Source of the DNA: Balanoglossus misakiensis | Taxonomy: Eukaryota; Animalia; Hemichordata | Assembly (NCBI GenBank): GCA_040954595.2 | Contig: CM082594.2 | Coordinates: 7,881,573-7,945,572, forward strand | DNA length: 64,000 bases | Direction: 5' to 3' | Shown here: piece after piece, positions 62,071 to 64,000 of the stretch | How positions within the stretch are numbered: position 1 is the stretch's first letter | Layout: every line of letters begins with the position of its first letter | Position numbers and translations under genes: made by a program | The notes under the pieces: generated by a model | Told to the model about the DNA's origin: nothing | Database searches by the model: none | What the model saw: the letters and a program-made list of their open reading frames with translations, nothing else

Positions 62071-64000
62071 TTATAGAATTTCTAAATTATGACAAGACTT
62101 TGAACGTGACCTATAGCTAGGTGCCGGGTCACTGTCTCGTTTGCCGAAGAAACGGCCGAAAAGTCCCCTCGCCCGTTTGAATACTGAGCTTCGCCTTCTC
62201 TTGCTGTTTCTCCTCTTTGGACTGTCCTTGGTCTTGTCCTGCGTTTCATCCGACTTGTGCGCCCTCAGGCGGATCTGTCGTACAACGCCCTCGAACAGCG
62301 TGTCGATGTTGTGACCCAGTGAGGCTGATGTTTCGATGAATTTGCAGTTAAACGATGCGGCGAAATGTCTGCCTTCTGTAAAATACAGACAATGGGATGG
62401 TTGGGGTAAGACGCAAGAAAGTGCCATGTGGAGTCATTCATACAAGATGACCTAGACGATAATGTCAGTGAAATAAGCAAAAGAGTCACGAAAATCAGGA
62501 GATGGTCTTAATGAGACTTTAATATACCCCTCCAGATAAAATGATAGGTTTTTCCTCCAATAAATGCATTAACAGGTTTTTCCCCTCAAGTCCCCCAAAG
62601 AGTCGAGATTCCAAGGCCTATAGGAAACTGAACATTCCCTTGGATGAAATTGGAGTCGTGAGCAGTTAATTGGCCATCCTCGCTTGCCAAGCCTGATGCG
62701 TCGTTGTAATCGAGCTTACGACACGAGCGGACGATTTTAATTGGCTAAAATTGTCGTCTGCCGCGGAAGACGACAATTTGCATGACGTCGGAGGAGCTCA
62801 AAACTTTCTTTATACCTATGGTATTTTATTTGTAAGAAGGAGGTAAGTATATTGTAAGCCTTTATCCTCTAAAGAAAAATCTGTACTCCCACATGGCGAA
62901 AACGACGTACAACCAAAGCCAGATCACGTGGGTTTCACTGTCGTCAGAATCCGATGACGCGAACATCCATGTGACATTTGAGATTGAAAAAATCAATTAT
63001 AAATATTTGCTGCATCTTTCATAATCTTTGACAGTGTCTTGTGGCTTTCGCCGTTTCTCAACGTTTTCAATCCGCATTTTCGAGTTATGTACAAAATCTG
63101 AAAGCTTTGCCTCAAAACAATTGTGAATGTACTTTTTCGTGCATTTAAAAAGTCAATTGATGATCTGACGTCTTTTAATGACGAAACTGACAAAAATAAA
63201 TATTTTCTGACGTAATAATCTGCTTTGGTGCCTAAGTGATCTTCCTTCGCGCATCGCATGGCATGTAGTTGTCTCTTTTCAATTATTTAATATGGTTCAT
63301 TTGATCTGACGTTTTTCAACGATAAAACGATAAAAATAAAATAAAATGAGGTTTTGAAGGAATAATAATATACTCTCTGACGCACTGTAAGGGCGTCTTA
63401 ATAAAGACTAAGTGATGCTCCGCCACGCATGAGATGAAAATGTACAAGTCACGTGACGCTATTGAAAGAAGTCGACTCTTTAGAAACCTAACCTCGGAGA
63501 GACTGATCCGTTTTCAGAAGATGAAAACTTCGAAATATTTATTTCCGTGGAGCTTGTGTGACGTTCTTTTGAAATTGATGGTGTTTCGCGGAGTTAAAAA
63601 TTTCCGACTGAGTTGGCATGGTGGCCATTTTGGAGACGCGACGTCTATACATTTGTGATAATTCTAAGCACGTGTAAAATCAACACAGAGAATGAAGGGA
63701 AGATGGATAATTTGGTGATTCGGTCGTTAGGTCTAGACCAAGTTCACTTTCATAGATCGGCGAGTCTGGGTATAGTTTCAACAACATTAAAGGCCAACAA
63801 ACGTCACTGAAGGCCAAACAAAGTTCATCGACCTGCCCCCTTTTCTGGATATCCAAAAAAATGCAACTTGCCTTCATATGTGACTTCCCGAGATCTTTCC
63901 AGGTCTGTCTTGTTCCCTACTATGATAATTGGCACAGTTTCACTGTCCTTGGTCCGCCTCAATCGAAACCGCAACTCTTTGGCTCGCTGAAAGCTCTGTC
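62071..64000 (-). CDS. RGK-family small GTPase (Rem/Rad/Gem/Kir), last two exons; 5' part is outside the window
   Basis: PIIIVGNKTDLERSREVTYE|EGRHFAASFNCKFIETSASLGHNIDTLFEGVVRQIRLR, a basic calmodulin-binding-type tail, and the C-7 motif RSKSCHNLEIL*. Confidence 0.93.

Overview
This is gene-dense, intron-rich animal DNA with AT-rich introns, GT-AG splicing and vertebrate-like orthologues. The gene set and sequence style suggest a marine invertebrate deuterostome, but that is inference. Genes reconstructed by hand, left to right: C2CD6/ALS2CR11-like (-, partial), two tandem CYP4 P450s (+), an intronless 635-aa bacterial-type GT2 glucosyltransferase of the OpgH/MdoH - cyclic beta-1,2-glucan synthase group (-), CCT5 (-), TEX49/SPMIP11 (+), TMEM245 (-), RNF113A (-), TIMELESS (-), tRNA-Thr(CGT), MTFMT (+), an SLC16/MCT transporter (+), a divergent Q50 PRD-class homeobox with an eh1 motif (+), ZNRF1/2 (-), LRP12-like (-) and an RGK GTPase (-, partial). 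The standout is the OpgH/Cgs-like gene, a probable horizontally acquired beta-1,2-glucan synthase embedded among animal genes. Other leads are a duplicated structured element in two CCT5 introns, patchy gene conversion between the CYP4 paralogues, a candidate 7-nt microexon, two GC-AG introns, a possible U12 donor, and strong TACATGTA enrichment. Family assignments rest on remembered motifs, not on database searches.
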